A program made the position numbers and the translations under genes. From assembly GCF_009914755.1 (NCBI RefSeq), contig NC_060934.1: a stretch of 64,000 bases of DNA. One strand, written 5' to 3'. This DNA is from the human T2T-CHM13v2.0 reference genome, Homo sapiens. Of the stretch, positions 1 to 14,010 are shown one piece after another. The first letter of the stretch is position 1. The number at the start of each line of letters is the position of its first letter. The notes under the pieces were generated by a model, which saw only the letters and a list, made by a program, of their open reading frames with translations, made no database searches and had not been told where the DNA came from.

Positions 1-149
1 AGAAGACAATTGATGTACAGTAAGAATAATGTAACTGATTAATTTGACAAATATTGAGAGATTATTGTAACAAGCACTGCTCTTGGTTTTGGGGACAGAG
101 CAGTGAACAGGCAGAAAAGACATTGGCTCCTTTGAAAGTATTTTAAGTA

Positions 150-625
150 TGGCATTTTTTTTGACACCCACTCCAACTGGTTTATTGCAATTCAGTTCTG
201 GCGCTAGCCTCCCAAAATTAGCACAGATGCCACAAGTTAAAAGACACAGTCCTCAACAAGTCTTTCCTTAATTTAGATGCCATCCACAAGTGAAGTCCCC
301 AAACCACCCACTCATCTGACCAATTGGCTACAAATCCAGGGGGTTCCCATGATCCTCTTCAAGTTAGATAATTCACTAAAATGACTCACAGAACTCAGGA
401 AAGTGCTACATTTATTATTACAGTTTTATTATAGAAAATACAAAGTCAAGAATGGCCAAAGAGATATACATAGGGTGAGATCTGGGAGGGTTCCAAACGC
501 AGAGCTGCATGACCTCTCCCTGTGGAATCTGGGTATGTTACCCCCCTGGTACATCAATGTATTCATCAACCAGGAAGCTCCACCAAGCTTTGGTGCCCAG
601 AAGTTTTATTGGTATCTCATTGCCT
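150..625 (-). mobile_element. MER21-like LTR fragment
   Basis: 'gataattcactaaaatgactcacagaactcaggaaagtgc...cagttttattat' matches the recalled MER21 antisense motif. Confidence 0.65.
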
Positions 626-755
626 ATTTCTCAACCATATCACATAGGGAAAGTTTAACTCATAATTAATATCCAAATACAATGTTACTTTTACTCTGAA
701 AACTTTTACATAGGCATCCAGTCATTTAAGATTTTTCTTCCCCTAAAGAATTTAT

Positions 756-1057
756 TATAGTGGATGCTGTGTTGTGCTTCCCAGACCCTTACTTTAAGGT
801 TGAGCTACTCATTTCCTTAGATGGTTGCAATGTTCCCTGCTGACAGCAACAAATACTTCCCTTTAAGAGAATTGTCCTCTGCTTTAGGTTGCTGTCTTGC
901 TCAAGGTTAAAGAGTTTCTCTGAAACAACCATCATCCAATGACTGGCGATGTTTCAATAAAATGTCTTGGACCTTTGATTTAGTTAGGAACAATTTTAAA
1001 GGGACAGCCCTGCTCCAATTATCTTGGAGGGATCAGCTAACATCTCTGTTGCAACTA
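756..1057 (+). mobile_element. LTR16-family (ERVL) LTR, 5' part, interrupted by Tigger3b
   Basis: starts 'tagtggatgctgtgttgtgcttcccagaccc', contains 'gagaattgtcctctgc', ends 'ctctgttgcaacTA' at the Tigger insertion. Confidence 0.7.
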
Positions 1058-1845
1058 TAGTCATGCATCACTTAACGATGGGGATACATATGTTCTGAGA
1101 AATTTATAATTAGGCAATTTCATAATTGTGTAAACATCAGCGAGTGTACTTATACAAACCTAGATACATAGCCTACTACACACCTAGACTATATGGTATG
1201 GCCTGTTGCACCGAGGCTACATCTTTTACAGAATATTGCTGTACTGAATACTGCAGGCAATTTTAACATAGTATCTAAACATAGAAATGGTACAGTAAAA
1301 ATACAATATAAAATATTTTTCAAAATAGCACACCTGTATAGGGAATTTACCAATAATAGAGCTTGCTGAACAAAGTTACTTTGGATGACATAGTGAGAGA
1401 GTGGTAAGTGAATGTGAAGGCCTAGGAGATTACTGCACACAAACACTACACACTTAGGCTATGCTAAATTTATTAAAATATTTTTCTTTAATAATACATT
1501 AGCTTTCACTTACTGTTTTTACTTTATAAAGCTTTTAATTTCTTAAACTTTTTGAGTTTTTTGTAATAGCACTTAGCTTAAAACCCAAATTGTACAGCCA
1601 TACAAAAATATTTTCTTTCTTTATACTCTTATTCTACAAGTTTTTTTTCTATTTGTAATTTTCTTAAAATTTTTACTTAAAAATTTTTTTTTAAAAGCTA
1701 AGACACAAATACACACATTAGCTTAGGCCTGTAAAGGGTCTGGATCTTCAATAGCACAGTCTTCTACCTTTTTACATCTTGTCCCATTGGAAGGTCTTCG
1801 TGGGCAACAACACACGTGGAGCTGTCATCTCCTATGAAACAATGC
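1058..1845 (+). mobile_element. Tigger3b (TcMar-Tigger) DNA transposon, 5' part
   Basis: TIR 'tagtcatgcatcacttaacgatggggatac' after TA; body runs to 'gctgtcatctcctatgaaacaatgc'. Confidence 0.9.
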
Positions 1846-2071
1846 ATTGATAGTAGCTACCAATAGACATCCCCTTCTCTAGTCCTTATATTGACTACTT
1901 ATCCTGTAGTTCTCAAATGACTGAGATATTGCATCAACCAATGCAATCTCTTTAATAAATAACTCAACCTAATTTACCACCAGATACATTTTAACAATTG
2001 TCTTGCTTCAGTTATGGTAGAGACTATCAGTATTCTACCTACCAGAAACCCTGGGGTTTGCTGGAAAGAGA
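1846..2071 (-). mobile_element. ERVL internal fragment (ERV3-16A3-int-like), inside inverted block
   Basis: reverse complement 'ctggtaggtagaatactgatagtc...caattgttaaaatgtatctggtggtaaa...gcattggttgatgcaatatctcagtcatttgagaa' resembles the sequence that follows LTR16. Confidence 0.55.
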
Positions 2072-2207
2072 TGTCTTAGGTTGATATATTTATAAACAGA
2101 TCTTGAAGTGCAGATTTTTGTGCAGGAAGATTATTAGGGAGTACACTCAAGAACAATCCTTGTGTGAAAGAAAAAATGAACACAGAGAGAAATTGAACTG
2201 TAACATA
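2072..2207 (-). mobile_element. LTR16 3' part, inside inverted block
   Basis: reverse complement 'tacagttcaatttctctctg...ccctaataatcttcctgcacaaaaatctgcac...aacctaagaca' is the LTR16 3' end. Confidence 0.7.
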
Positions 2208-2600
2208 AAATCTTGTGTCACATTATAACATTTTGGTCAACAATAAACCACATATAGGATGGTGGTCCCTTAAGATTATAATGAAACTAAAAAATTCCTA
2301 TCATCTAGAGGTGTCCTAGCCATTATAGTGTCATAGTACATTGCATTACTTACGAGTTTGTGGTGATGCTGGTGTAAACAAACCCACTGTGCTGACAGTC
2401 ATATAAAAAGTATAGCACATACAATTATGTACAGTACATAATACTTGGTAATGATAAGTGATGCTACTGGTTTATGTATGTACTATACTATACATTTTAT
2501 TCTTATTTTAGGGTATACTCCTACTTGTTAAAAAAATGTTAACTGTGAAACAACTTCATGATGGTCCCTCAGAAGTTATCCGAAAGAAGGCATTTGTTTC
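2208..2600 (-). mobile_element. Tigger3b 3' part, inside inverted block
   Basis: reverse complement starts 'aatgccttctttcggataacttctgagggacc', continuing the 5' part, and ends in the TIR next to TA (2206-2207). Confidence 0.88.
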
Positions 2601-3980
2601 TTTCCATTTATCAAACTTCATAAATTGATGAATCTTCAGTTTGCTGATTCTTTCTTCTACAAACTCATATCTGCTGCTGATTCTCTCTAGTGAATTTTTA
2701 AATATCAGTTATTGTACTTTTCAACACCAGAATTTCTATTTGGTTTGTTTTTACAATTCTTTATTTTTATTTATACAGTTATGTGTCACTTAATGATAGG
2801 GATACATTCTGAAAAATGTATTGTTAGGTAATTTCATCATTGTGCAAACATCATAGAGTGTATTTACACAAACTTACATGGCATAGCCTACTACATACTT
2901 AGGCTATATGGTATAGCTTATTGCTCCTAGGGTACAAACCTATACAGTAGGTTACCATACTGAATACTTCAGGAAATTTTAACACAATGGTGAGTCTATT
3001 TTGAGACATAGAAACGTACTGTTACAATGTGGTATTATATTCTTATGAGGCCACCATTGTATATGTGGTCTATCATTAACTGAAACTTCGATATGCAGCA
3101 GCACATGACTGTATTCTCTATTTGGTGAGACATTCTTCTCATGCTTTCCTTTAGTTTTTGGAAATTTTTTTTAGATTTTTAAGTATATTTAAAATAGCTG
3201 ATTTTAATTATTTGTCTAGCCAGTCCAGTGTCTCTGCTTCCGCAGGGACAGTCTCTATTGACTGCTTTATTTTTGTGCAGAGCTTCAAGATCAGTCAAAG
3301 GTGAGTGGTTGAGGCATTTGAGTGACTCACATGCATTCATGTCACCACCCTAGGCATGTGTGTGGCCTTCTGTATTCCCGGGAATATGCTCAATATTTTC
3401 CAAGCTTTTACTCGACAAAGCATTTCATTCATCAGTTCTTCCTCCCAAGCTGATTGGTTAGTCTGTAGCCTGCACCAGGTGCTATCTATTGCCTCAGACA
3501 TTAGTAACTAAAACATTTGTCTGTACAAACTTTTGATAAATGCCTCTCAGGTAGCAGCTTTAGCACTGGGTGAGTTGTGAGTTAGTAGACATAAAGGTAA
3601 GTGTTTGACCCAGTCTTATAGGGTGCCACCAGACAGATAATTAATAATACAGTAAGTACAATTCTTTGTAAATCATGTAAACTTTGTTTCCTCCAACACC
3701 AGGAGTGTGGGCTATTATTTTCAAAGTATGGGTGAACTGGGCTGAGTAGGTAGGCAGGGAGTGAGGCTAGAGTTAAGTTAAAATGCCACAAAACTTGCTA
3801 CTTTTAGTGAAATTCAGTTAATTTTCTTGAATAAACACTCTACTGGCTGTTAGCAGCTTGTGTTAGTTTCCAGATTTCTGTAAAGTTGGTCTTAACAGTG
3901 TTTGCCACTTTTTCATTGCTTTTATGAATGAGAAGTTGGTGTTTCTTACTCTACCATTTTTTATTGATGTTTTTATAAGC
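2601..3980 (-). mobile_element. Old L1M 5' region (ORF1/5'UTR)
   Basis: 'tttgctgattctttcttc...tagtgaattttt...cagttattgtacttttcaacaccagaatttctatttgg' antisense L1M ORF1 motif. Confidence 0.7.
2776..3111 (+). mobile_element. Tigger3a, complete non-autonomous element
   Basis: TA-cagttatgtgtcac...gcacatgactg-TA: both TIRs and TA target duplication, about 336 bp. Confidence 0.92.
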
Positions 3981-5527
3981 ATTTTTACTGTAGGTTCTAC
4001 AGTTAAACGGAATACACAATGTCCACAAGGCAATGAATATTGAACTATTTTCTGAAAAAAAAAACAGCATCATGACTTATTTGCATTTTTAAACAATATA
4101 CACTTGTAAAATTAGACAATAAAATTTGAATAGGCAAAGAAAGATGAAGTGGTTTATATAGTTTATATTATAATGAGGGTGTTGTATTTCACAATAGTGT
4201 GGTTTACACAGTTGTGTATATTGGAATGAGGATGTTGTAAAGAGGGTGATGAACAATGTATTGTCTGAGATTTTCGTCAAAGACATTTGCCTTTTATGGC
4301 ACATATATCAGTAAGGACACTGAAGAACAGATAGTTCCATAGGACATTTATGTTAGGCTTTTATGGTTTTTAAAAATGTTATCTGATTAACATTTGGAAT
4401 TAATTGTACATTGATATTGATTCAAAAATATAATCTGTCTGTTTAAAATGATAAATTCAAGGCCATGTTTCAAAGAACAATGTTGGGAAGAATAATACCT
4501 TGTAGAAAAATAAATAAATACAATGTTAATCCTTATGTTTAATGCTTCCATTCATCAAGGAGTTAGGTTAGGCTTGAGAAAAGCATGTCTAAAAGAAAGA
4601 GCTTTTTAGCCATCAGTAAGAACACCTTTGAAGATCCTGAATCACTGTACAAGAGGGACTCCTGGACACCAAACTTTCATTCCTCCTGTTTTACATATTT
4701 TATTCTTATAAATGAAACAACATCAGTGCAAACTCAAAGGTATGTTTTATTAATAGAACAAAAGGCTATGCCACCCCTTAGCCAGTCTGTCCTCACACGT
4801 AACCCTGCACTCTATCACAGGGAGCAATATTTTCCAAATCTTTTGCAAGTGGCCTACCATTTATGGATTAAAATTATCTCTATGTTTCCATAGTTACTAT
4901 TTCAGGTGACTTTTAGAATCACATTGTCAATTTCTAACAAAATTCCACTTTGGGACTTGATTGTTGTTGAATTTATAGGTGCTTTTTTTGAAAATTGATG
5001 ACTTTATAATATTAAGTATGCCATTCACATATGTGATTTATCTTCTCATTTCTTTATTTTATTTTAAGGTCTCTAGTAGAGTTTTATAATTTTATCCATT
5101 CTGTTTTTTCACATATTTCGTTTGGTACTTTGTAGTTCTTTTGTTCTCTCTTTCCTTCCCCCTCTCTCGCCACCTCTCTCTCTCTCTGCTTTTCTTAATA
5201 TAACCTTCTTTCTTCCATTTTCTAAATTTATAGATAGCGATTATTATGCTTTATTATATCTGACAGATTGTAGCTCTTTTATGTTAGTTTTAATAATTTG
5301 TCAATTATTTACTTACAGTTTCTGTGAAGATAATGACATCATCTATAAAAAATTTTTGCCTCTTTCTCATTCCTATTATCCTCTCTTCCTCATTGTTTTA
5401 TTTCTTTTCAACCTTCAATATGTTATTGAATGAAATAGTGACATTATGCTGGACATTCTTGTCTTATTTCTGATTTTATAGAGAAAGCATCTAAATTTTA
5501 AAACACTGTAATTTTCATTAAAGCTTT

Positions 5528-5971
<444 letters not shown>

Positions 5972-6339
5972 TAAACATGAATTTTAAACCATCTTTAAAA
6001 TTCCACATAAATTCATTATTCATCATAATTCACAATTAAATATATACATTTTAAAATATATTTCTCACATTCACTGAAATATATTGATAGATATTGTGTT
6101 CTTGACCTATTCTTATTCTCTTAAATAAATCTTAATGGTCATAAAATTATATATTTTAATATATCTCTGTATTGAATCTGCTTATTTTTAATATTATTGA
6201 ATTTTTGCTCATAGGTGAAATTGGTCCATCATTTCTTATTCCTGTGTGTCCTTGAGCAATTTGAGCACCAGGGTTACTTGAGCTCTGGAAAAAGAATGGA
6301 ATGATATCCCACAGCTGGAGAGAAGGTTCAGCGGCGCCT

Positions 6340-7210
6340 GCAGTGACTTTCTCCTCTGGCTCCTCGGCTGTCCTTCTCGTGAGTGGCTCTCTTGGTTGCT
6401 CTAGAGCTCCTTCTTCCTCCTATTTACAACTTGCTTGTTGAAAGCCAGTGTTTTTCTGCTCTCATAGTTTTCAACAGTCCACTGAATATGCATTTTGTTG
6501 AAATTCCTAGAATCTATTTGACACATCTATTACTTTGTTTTTCAAGGAGCCATCATAATTTCTGGTACATCATGTTTCCTCATTTTCATTTTCAAAGAGT
6601 TTTGCAGTCATGCATTCAGAATATGTTCTCCATCATTTATGAGCATTTACTTTTGAAAAGATTTTTATCACATTTAAAATAAAACTGAATCCTCAATGGG
6701 CTTCAGGGCCTTATGTCATTTGACTCTGTCTAGATTTCCAACCTCATTTCCAAATCTTTCTCCTTTTTCACTCATTCAGCTCTTCCCACACTGTCCTCTT
6801 TTCTATTTCTTAACAGCTAAACAAGGTTCATTTGAGAGCATCTGCATTGTGAATGTCTCTGCCTGGAATGTTCTTTTCCTCTATCTTTTTTATTGTCTTG
6901 CCTTAAAGGTCACCTTCTCCAAGGGTACCACCCCTAAAAAGTCTATCTAAAAAAAACCCCACTTATCATTCTCTTTTTTCCTACTGTTCAATCATTCTTT
7001 ATTGGACTTATCATCAGCAAACACTCTGAAATATACATATATTAATTTTCTTAATTTCCATCTACTTTACTAAAAGGTAAGAATTAAGGCAGGACACTTG
7101 TTTGTTCTGTTCATTCATTTATGTTTGCTCTGTTCACTGTGTACCCATACACAAGCTCAGCTACATTATGGAACCATGAAGGAGCTCAAAATAGACTACA
7201 TGAATTCAGG
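6340..7210 (+). mobile_element. L2 fragments
   Basis: 'tctctgcctggaatgttcttttcc', 'ggcaggacacttgtttgttctgttca', ends near 'tgaat'. Confidence 0.6.
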
Positions 7211-7348
7211 GAAGATAGGGTGAGACAATAATAGAAGATAAAGAAATACAATGAGATAGTATATTGCATATAGCAAACACTAAATATATTTGGTAAATAA
7301 AGAAAAGAAAAGCTTTAGTTTGTGCGTAGGTTATATCTTACATCAAAA

Positions 7349-7670
7349 TTTTTTTAATTTTAATTTTATTTTATTTCATTTTTTTTGAGATGGAGTCTCT
7401 CTCTGTCGCCCAGGCTGGAGTGCAGTGGCACGATCTTGGCTCACTGCAAGCTCCGCCTCCTGGGGGGTCACGCCATTCTCCTGCCTCAGCCTCCTGAGTA
7501 GCTGGGACTACAGGCGCCTGCCACCACGCCCGGCTAATTTTTTGTATTTTTTAGTAGAGACAGGGTTTCACCGTGTTAGCCAGGATAGTCTCAATCTCCT
7601 GACCTCATGATCCTCCCACCTCGGCCTCCCAAAGTGCTGCGATTACAGGCATGAGCCACCGCACCCGGCC
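7349..7670 (-). mobile_element. AluY
   Basis: Y diagnostics 'gcaagctccgcc', 'cacgccattctcc', 'gtgttagccaggat'; TSD 'tcttaca(t/a)caaaatttt'. Confidence 0.95.
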
Positions 7671-8199
7671 TCTTACAACAAAATTTTAAAAATTCAACAC
7701 TGTGACAGTTAACTCAAAGAGCAATAATTTACACTTCAAAATTATTGGGCATAGGAGGTAAAAAATACATTACTATCAAATGGCTCTGGAAGTTCAATTG
7801 TTATCTTAAATATGTAAAGTAGGAAAACTGAGAATGCACCTGTTGTCTAAAAGCATTAAAATCACTTATTAATTATACTCTTTAAACTTTCTGCTGACAC
7901 CAATAGTATTTCATTTAGATTGGACCTCTACGCTGTTAGTTTGTCATACCTATTGAGCTCTTTTGTATAGCACTTCTACCATTCATACTATTGTTACCAT
8001 TACTTCATTTCCTTTGCTATTACCAATCCTACTATTATTACAAATATTACTGCTACTGCTATGGCTTGTTTGGCATAATATAAAGGGCATGCAAGAAATA
8101 ATCACTTTTATTATTTATTTTCTATCACTTATTCCAATTATTTTAGCGTTCATGACATAATTATATAAACAGACATAGTATAACTTATGAAGACAAATA

Positions 8200-9640
8200 A
8201 AGCTAGTTTATATGTGTGTAAAGTTTTTAAATGCATATAGACATGCTTATGAAATTATTACAAGCAAGATAATGACTATATCCATTACCCACAAATTATT
8301 TCTAATTTTCTGTTTTAAAAGCTCCCTCCAAAACCTCTCTCTGCCCAGGATCCCAAGGCAACCACTATTTGCTTTCTGTCATTATTGATTAGTTTGTTTT
8401 TTCTGGAATTCTATGTAAATGATATGATACACTCTGCATTCTATTCTTCTTCTAATTTCTTTCACTTAATACGGTTAATTTGATATCCATCTATGATATC
8501 ACTTTTATCAATAATTCGCTCCTTTTTATTGCTCAGTAGCGTTTCCTTTTATGGAAACACATTTTATTATGCACTAATCTCTTGATATGAATTTGATTTT
8601 ATTTTGGTTTTTTGCTATTGCAAATAAAGCTGCTATGAATGTTTGTGGGAAGAAATATTTGTGCAAACATATGCTTTTATTATTCTTGGGTAATACCTAG
8701 GAATGAACTGGCTGGATCATATAGTAAATGTACATTTAACTTCGTAGAAAACTTTCACACTGGCTTTCTAGGTTATTGTATCTTTTCACTTTTCTGCCAG
8801 CAGTGTGTGAGAATTCCTGTTTTTCTGTATCTTTGCCAACCTTTGAGTTTTTTTTTAGTCTCTTTAATTTTACTCATTCTAATAGGCATGTCGTGGTAGC
8901 TCACTGTAGTTTTATAAGTATTTTTTATTAACGAGTAATGATGTTGACATGTTTTCAAGTACCCATTTGACATCTGTGTGTAACTTTTGGTGACGTTTTT
9001 GTCCAAATTGCTCGTTTTAAGAATTGAATTACTTGCTTTCTTATTATCAAATCTTGAGAATTTAAAAAATATTCTGTATGTAAGTCTTTATTCAGATATG
9101 TGATTTGCAAGTATTATCTCCCAGTTATTCTTATTGCATCTTTTGAAAATTAGGTATTCTTAGCTTTGATGAAAGTCAATTTATTATTTTTTCTTTGTGT
9201 GAATGGTGAGTTGCCTAATTCAAGGTCATGAAAGTTTTCTCTTATGCATTCTAGCAATATTATAATTTTTGACTTTTTATTTAGGTCTATTCTAGACTTT
9301 TAGTTTTTTTATATATGTATATGAATATTCAATTGTTGCAGCGCTCTTTGTTGAAGAGACTATCATTTTCCCACTGTAATGCTTTGGCACATTTGTCAAA
9401 AATCAATCAATAAAACATGTGTGAGTCTATTTCTGAATTCTCTATTCTGTTTCATTGATCTATATGTCTATCCTAAAAAGTACCACGTTTTCTGATTAGT
9501 GTATCTTTATAGTACTTTGAAATTGGAAGTAAGTCCTCCAACTTAGTTCTTACAAAATTATTTAGAGTATTCTTTGTTCTTTAAAGTTTTATATAAGTTT
9601 TAGGATCTGTTTTTCCATTTCCCCAAACAACCCTTCAGAG
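8200..9640 (-). mobile_element. L1MB/L1ME 3' end and ORF2 C-terminus
   Basis: ORF 8773-9006 is decayed L1 ORF2 ('YHDMPIRMSKIK...GILTHCW'). Confidence 0.85.
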
Positions 9641-11460
9641 ATTTCCTCAAATATTTGTTGACTTTCATGTGGGGGTTCATCTTGGAATTTACAATTAATT
9701 CTGTGAGTGCTAACCCCATTTCAGGGTCTGTGGGAGAAATGCAAGACTTCTGCCTGGCTAGTGCCAGTACTTTGGGCATGGGAATTTCAAACGTAGGTCA
9801 CTGCTCTGCTTCTCTGAACCAAGAGGACAATCTGACATCTCCTGTTTCCATGTGTCCATGGAGTAGTTGGGGTCTGGTGTCTCACATATTGTAAGCATCA
9901 ACAGAAAATGTTTTACATACCTGGCTTAACTCCACCATACACTCTGTTGTTTGCCAATTTTTACCTCTATGTTTCTGTTTTAAATTTTCATGCAGTTCTT
10001 TCTGTAAGATCATTCTACAGTATTTTGGCATGTGCTGTCTGTCTTTTGGAAACTACTGATATGTTTTCATCCTTGCTTATTTTATATTTCAGTATAATCT
10101 GAAATTAATTATTAAATATTTTTCCTTTCATTTCTAGAGAGTTGAGAATGAAGAAAGAGGCTCCAGTATGTGATCAAGCTGTCATTTTGGTCTGATTCAC
10201 CTACACATTATTCTTCACATTAGCACATCCATTAACATGTCAATAGAAAAATGAATGCTTTTAGTTTTACATTGGTTTTGTGTAAATGTGATCATATTCT
10301 TTTCTTTTGCTCTTCTTTTCTTGTTGTGTTTGTTCTTTGTATTTAATTGTTAACAATGAGTCTTGAAGACCATTCCATGTCGGCATATTTACATCTACAT
10401 TATTTCTAACTGCTAAAGTATTCCATGTTGTGAAAATAATATCATTTACTTAACCAATGCCGCATTGCTGAACATTTACATCACTTTATTTCCTTCGCAT
10501 AGTATGAACAATTTTGTAATTTGAATATGAAGTTGTACATATTTGTGTCTATGAAATAGCATTTATGTAGACTACATATTAAGAAAATGAAACAACTTGG
10601 TCAAATGTTTGTTCATTATAATTTTGGCAAATATTTCTAAATTATTTCAAAAAATATTCTACTATAGCAATTTTCTTCTTCTGGCAAGACTGTATGAGAG
10701 TATACACTATTCCATAGTCTTATCAATAGTTTTTTTAATCCATTCAAACGTAGATTTAGTGAATATTTTTATAATTCAGACACTATGCTAAGCCCTGACA
10801 ATTAACTGTCAGAGAAGACAGCTATTAATCATAGTATTGCTTATAAATATAAAATTGCTATTTCAATAATAATGCAATGTAAAGACTCAAGATTCCCTAG
10901 GGCATGAATGAGGAGGAATCAATCCAATAAGAAAGGATAATTCAGGCTTTCCTAAAATTGCATATTGTCTCTACTTTTAAATTGCTAATAAGAATTATAT
11001 TTTATTTTTAATTCCTATTTTTTACGTGGATCATAAGGTTAACATCCTTTCATAAATTTATAAGCTATTTCTATTTCCCACTGTGAAATGCCCACTAATA
11101 TATTTAGCTGTAATTCTAATGAGCTATATGTAATTTTAATATATTTAAAATTTTTTACACTATATTTACTGTATATCAATGGCTTTTTGTAAGTTGCAAG
11201 ATTTATCTTGATTAGTTTGAAATGTTTATGGTAGTTATTTTAAAAGGTTAATATTTAGCAAAGCAAAATATGTCTTTTAAAGTCATCTTATATATTAGAA
11301 ATATGTTTTGTTTTTCTCTAATATATTTTATTTTCATGTTTCATTTTGTCTGTTGTGTAAAATTGAGACCTAAACATGCTTTTGCCAAATATACATAATT
11401 TTTCCAAAGACTAATTGAATAATGTATTGTTTTACTACTGTATTCACTTTGCCATCTTTA
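9640..11460 (-). mobile_element. Highly degenerate L1ME/HAL1 fragments with some L2-like sequence
   Basis: scattered antisense L1 motifs such as 'ttccatgtcggcatatttacatctac', 'tatttctatttcccactgtgaaatgccc'. Confidence 0.45.
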
Positions 11461-11573
11461 AAATGGAAAATTAAACTCTCGGGATATTTTACCCATCTGA
11501 GCTCTAGTCATACTCCTCATTAAAAAAAATAAATCTTCAACTACTTGTTTTTGGAGTCTCTAGTAGTGAATTC

Positions 11574-13033
11574 TGCAGTAGGGAAAATTTCTAGGAATAG
11601 CCCCAAAATTCCACATCTCGAATCCCTGGAACCTGTGAATGTCATGAGATATCACTCCTGTGATTGTGTTATATTATATGCCACAATTGACCTTAAGGCA
11701 TATGAGCCTAATGTAATACTACAAACCCCTTACAAGTGGAAAATTCTGACTTGTAGCAAGAGGAATGTGAAGAGGAAGGCAGAAATGGAAGACAGAAGGG
11801 GAAGACAGAAGAGAAATTTAGTGATCCTAACACAAGGAGGACTTGAGGCACCATGGCTGATTTGGAGATGGAGATGGCCATAGAAAGAATAGAGGTGGCT
11901 TACAGGGTTAGAGGGCATTCTGTGGCCAGCAACAAGTGTGGAAATCTGAACGTCAGTTCTATCATGATATGGAACTGAATTCTGTCAACAACCGAATAAG
12001 CTTGGAGGTTGATTTTCCCACTGAATGGATTCTCTAGCATTGTGAAATCCTGAGCAGAGAACCCAGTTGAGTCGCTTCGAATTCTGACTTTCAGAATTTT
12101 TAAATTGTGAGTTTTTTGTTTTGTTTTGTTTTGTTTTGTTTTAAATAAGCTTACTGAGGCATAATACACAAATAGGAATTATATATTTAAAGTGTACCAT
12201 TTGATGTTTTAATATATGTACATAATATACATTGCCGAATGATCACCTCAGTCAAGCTAATTAACATATCCATCACCTCATAGTGTTACCTTCTTTATGG
12301 TGAGAATGCTTAATATCTACCCTCTAAATTTCAAGTATACCATACAGTATTGTTAACTATAGTCACCATGCTGTACAGTAGATCTCCACAATTTATTCAT
12401 TTTCCTTAACTGAAAACTTTATATCCTATGACCAACATCTCCCGTTTTGTGAATAATACTACAGTGAATATGGGAGTGCAGATATTTCTTAGAGCTCCAG
12501 ATTTTATTTTCTTTGGATATATACTCAGAAATGAGTATGTGTTTGTTCTGTGTTTAATTTAATTTTATCTAATAGCCATCCTAACAAATGTGAGGTGATG
12601 TATTACTGTGATTTTGATTTGCAATTCCCTGATCATTAATGTTTTCACGTACCTGTTGGCCATTTGTATATCTACTATTGAGAAATGCCTATTCATGTTC
12701 CTTGTCCATTTTTTAATTGAGTTATCTTGTTTTTGTTGTTTTGCTATTGAGTTGTTTTATTTTCTTATGTATTTTGTATATTAACCTCTTACCAGACATA
12801 CAATTTGCAAAAATTTTTCTCTCATTCCATAGGTTGCCTTTTCACTCTTGATTGTTTTCTTTGCTGTGCAGAAGCTTTTTATGGATGGAGTTGTACTTGT
12901 CTGTATTTACCTTTGCAGTCCGTGCTATTGGTATAATAATAAAAAAATAGTTGACAAGATCAATATCGAGAAGGTTTTCCACACATTAATTAGTGTGTAG
13001 TAAATTATTTACCTAGAGTTAGAAAACTAATAT
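11574..13033 (+). mobile_element. MLT1E-like MaLR LTR split by an L1MA insertion
   Basis: 'ccctggaacctgtgaatgtcatgagatatcactcc', 'ggaactgaattctgtcaacaac'; terminus 'gaaaactaatat' resumes near 13020. Confidence 0.8.
12110..12982 (-). mobile_element. L1MA9-like 3' end with (GTTTT)n tail
   Basis: 'gtcaagctaattaacatatccatcacctcatagtgttacc'. Confidence 0.88.
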
Positions 13034-13879
13034 GAGGTTGGTATTTCTAAATGATGTATTTTATTAACACCTACTCAGTTATCTATTTCAGATATTTTTG
13101 GTTAATATTCTAATATTATGATGATAAGATTTAATATATTTCTATCACTATCAACATATTGTCCTCCTTCTTCCCAATGTAGACAAGTATTAGTTTCCTT
13201 ATCCCTACTGGTCAACTCTTCAAGTGGTTACAGCATGTATAGACATCCATTCTTTGTTCCGTCACTCACAGGGAGAGTGTTATTCGCTGAAAATTTTTAG
13301 TTTATCTTACTATTTTCTCTAGCTTTCTTTCATTTCTTGTTTCTCTCCTGTCATGTGTTAGGAGGTTAACATTTACTGTCTATTTTACAACCATAATTAA
13401 ATCTTTTGCTTCTTTTTTGGTAGATTATAAAATTTGAAAAGCAATAAAATAGTTTATTTCTCTCTGAAACATATTTACTGCACAGCCAAGAAGTTTATTT
13501 GTATATAATTCCTTTTTTGAGGACCCAAATGCCATGATTTGTGAGTACTAAAGGAAAAATATTCCCATATTCAACTGTGAATCCATACTACTTTGCCATC
13601 TACCAGGTTCCTCTCTCTCTTTCTCTCTCGCTCCATGTATACATATATGTATTACTATGCCTCAAATTTCTCCCAAGGTCTATTTTGGATGTTCCATTAG
13701 TGCCCCTTGTTTGTGAAAAATTGTTCCTTTTCTTCTCTGTCTGCCTGAATCAATCTGAACAGCCTGTTCTCTAAGCCTGTTGTGTAGCTATTTCTAGTTA
13801 CAGACCATTTCTTAACTACTTAAATGAATAAGCTATTTTCTGCATATATATTTTCATTTGTTGTTCATCCAGATTCACT

Positions 13880-14010
13880 GTCCATTAATATCTATCTCAT
13901 TGTGGGTCCTGGGAGACTGACTTTTGTGGACAACTTTACAAATTCCCTTGCCCTTGATCTTCCTGCTGAATTGGCCAGGAGGAGGCAGCAGCAGTAGTAT
14001 TTAGCACTAG
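13880..14010 (+). mobile_element. LTR33/ERVL-like fragment
   Basis: 'cctgggagactgacttttgtggac...tcccttgcccttgatcttcctgctgaattggcc'. Confidence 0.5.
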
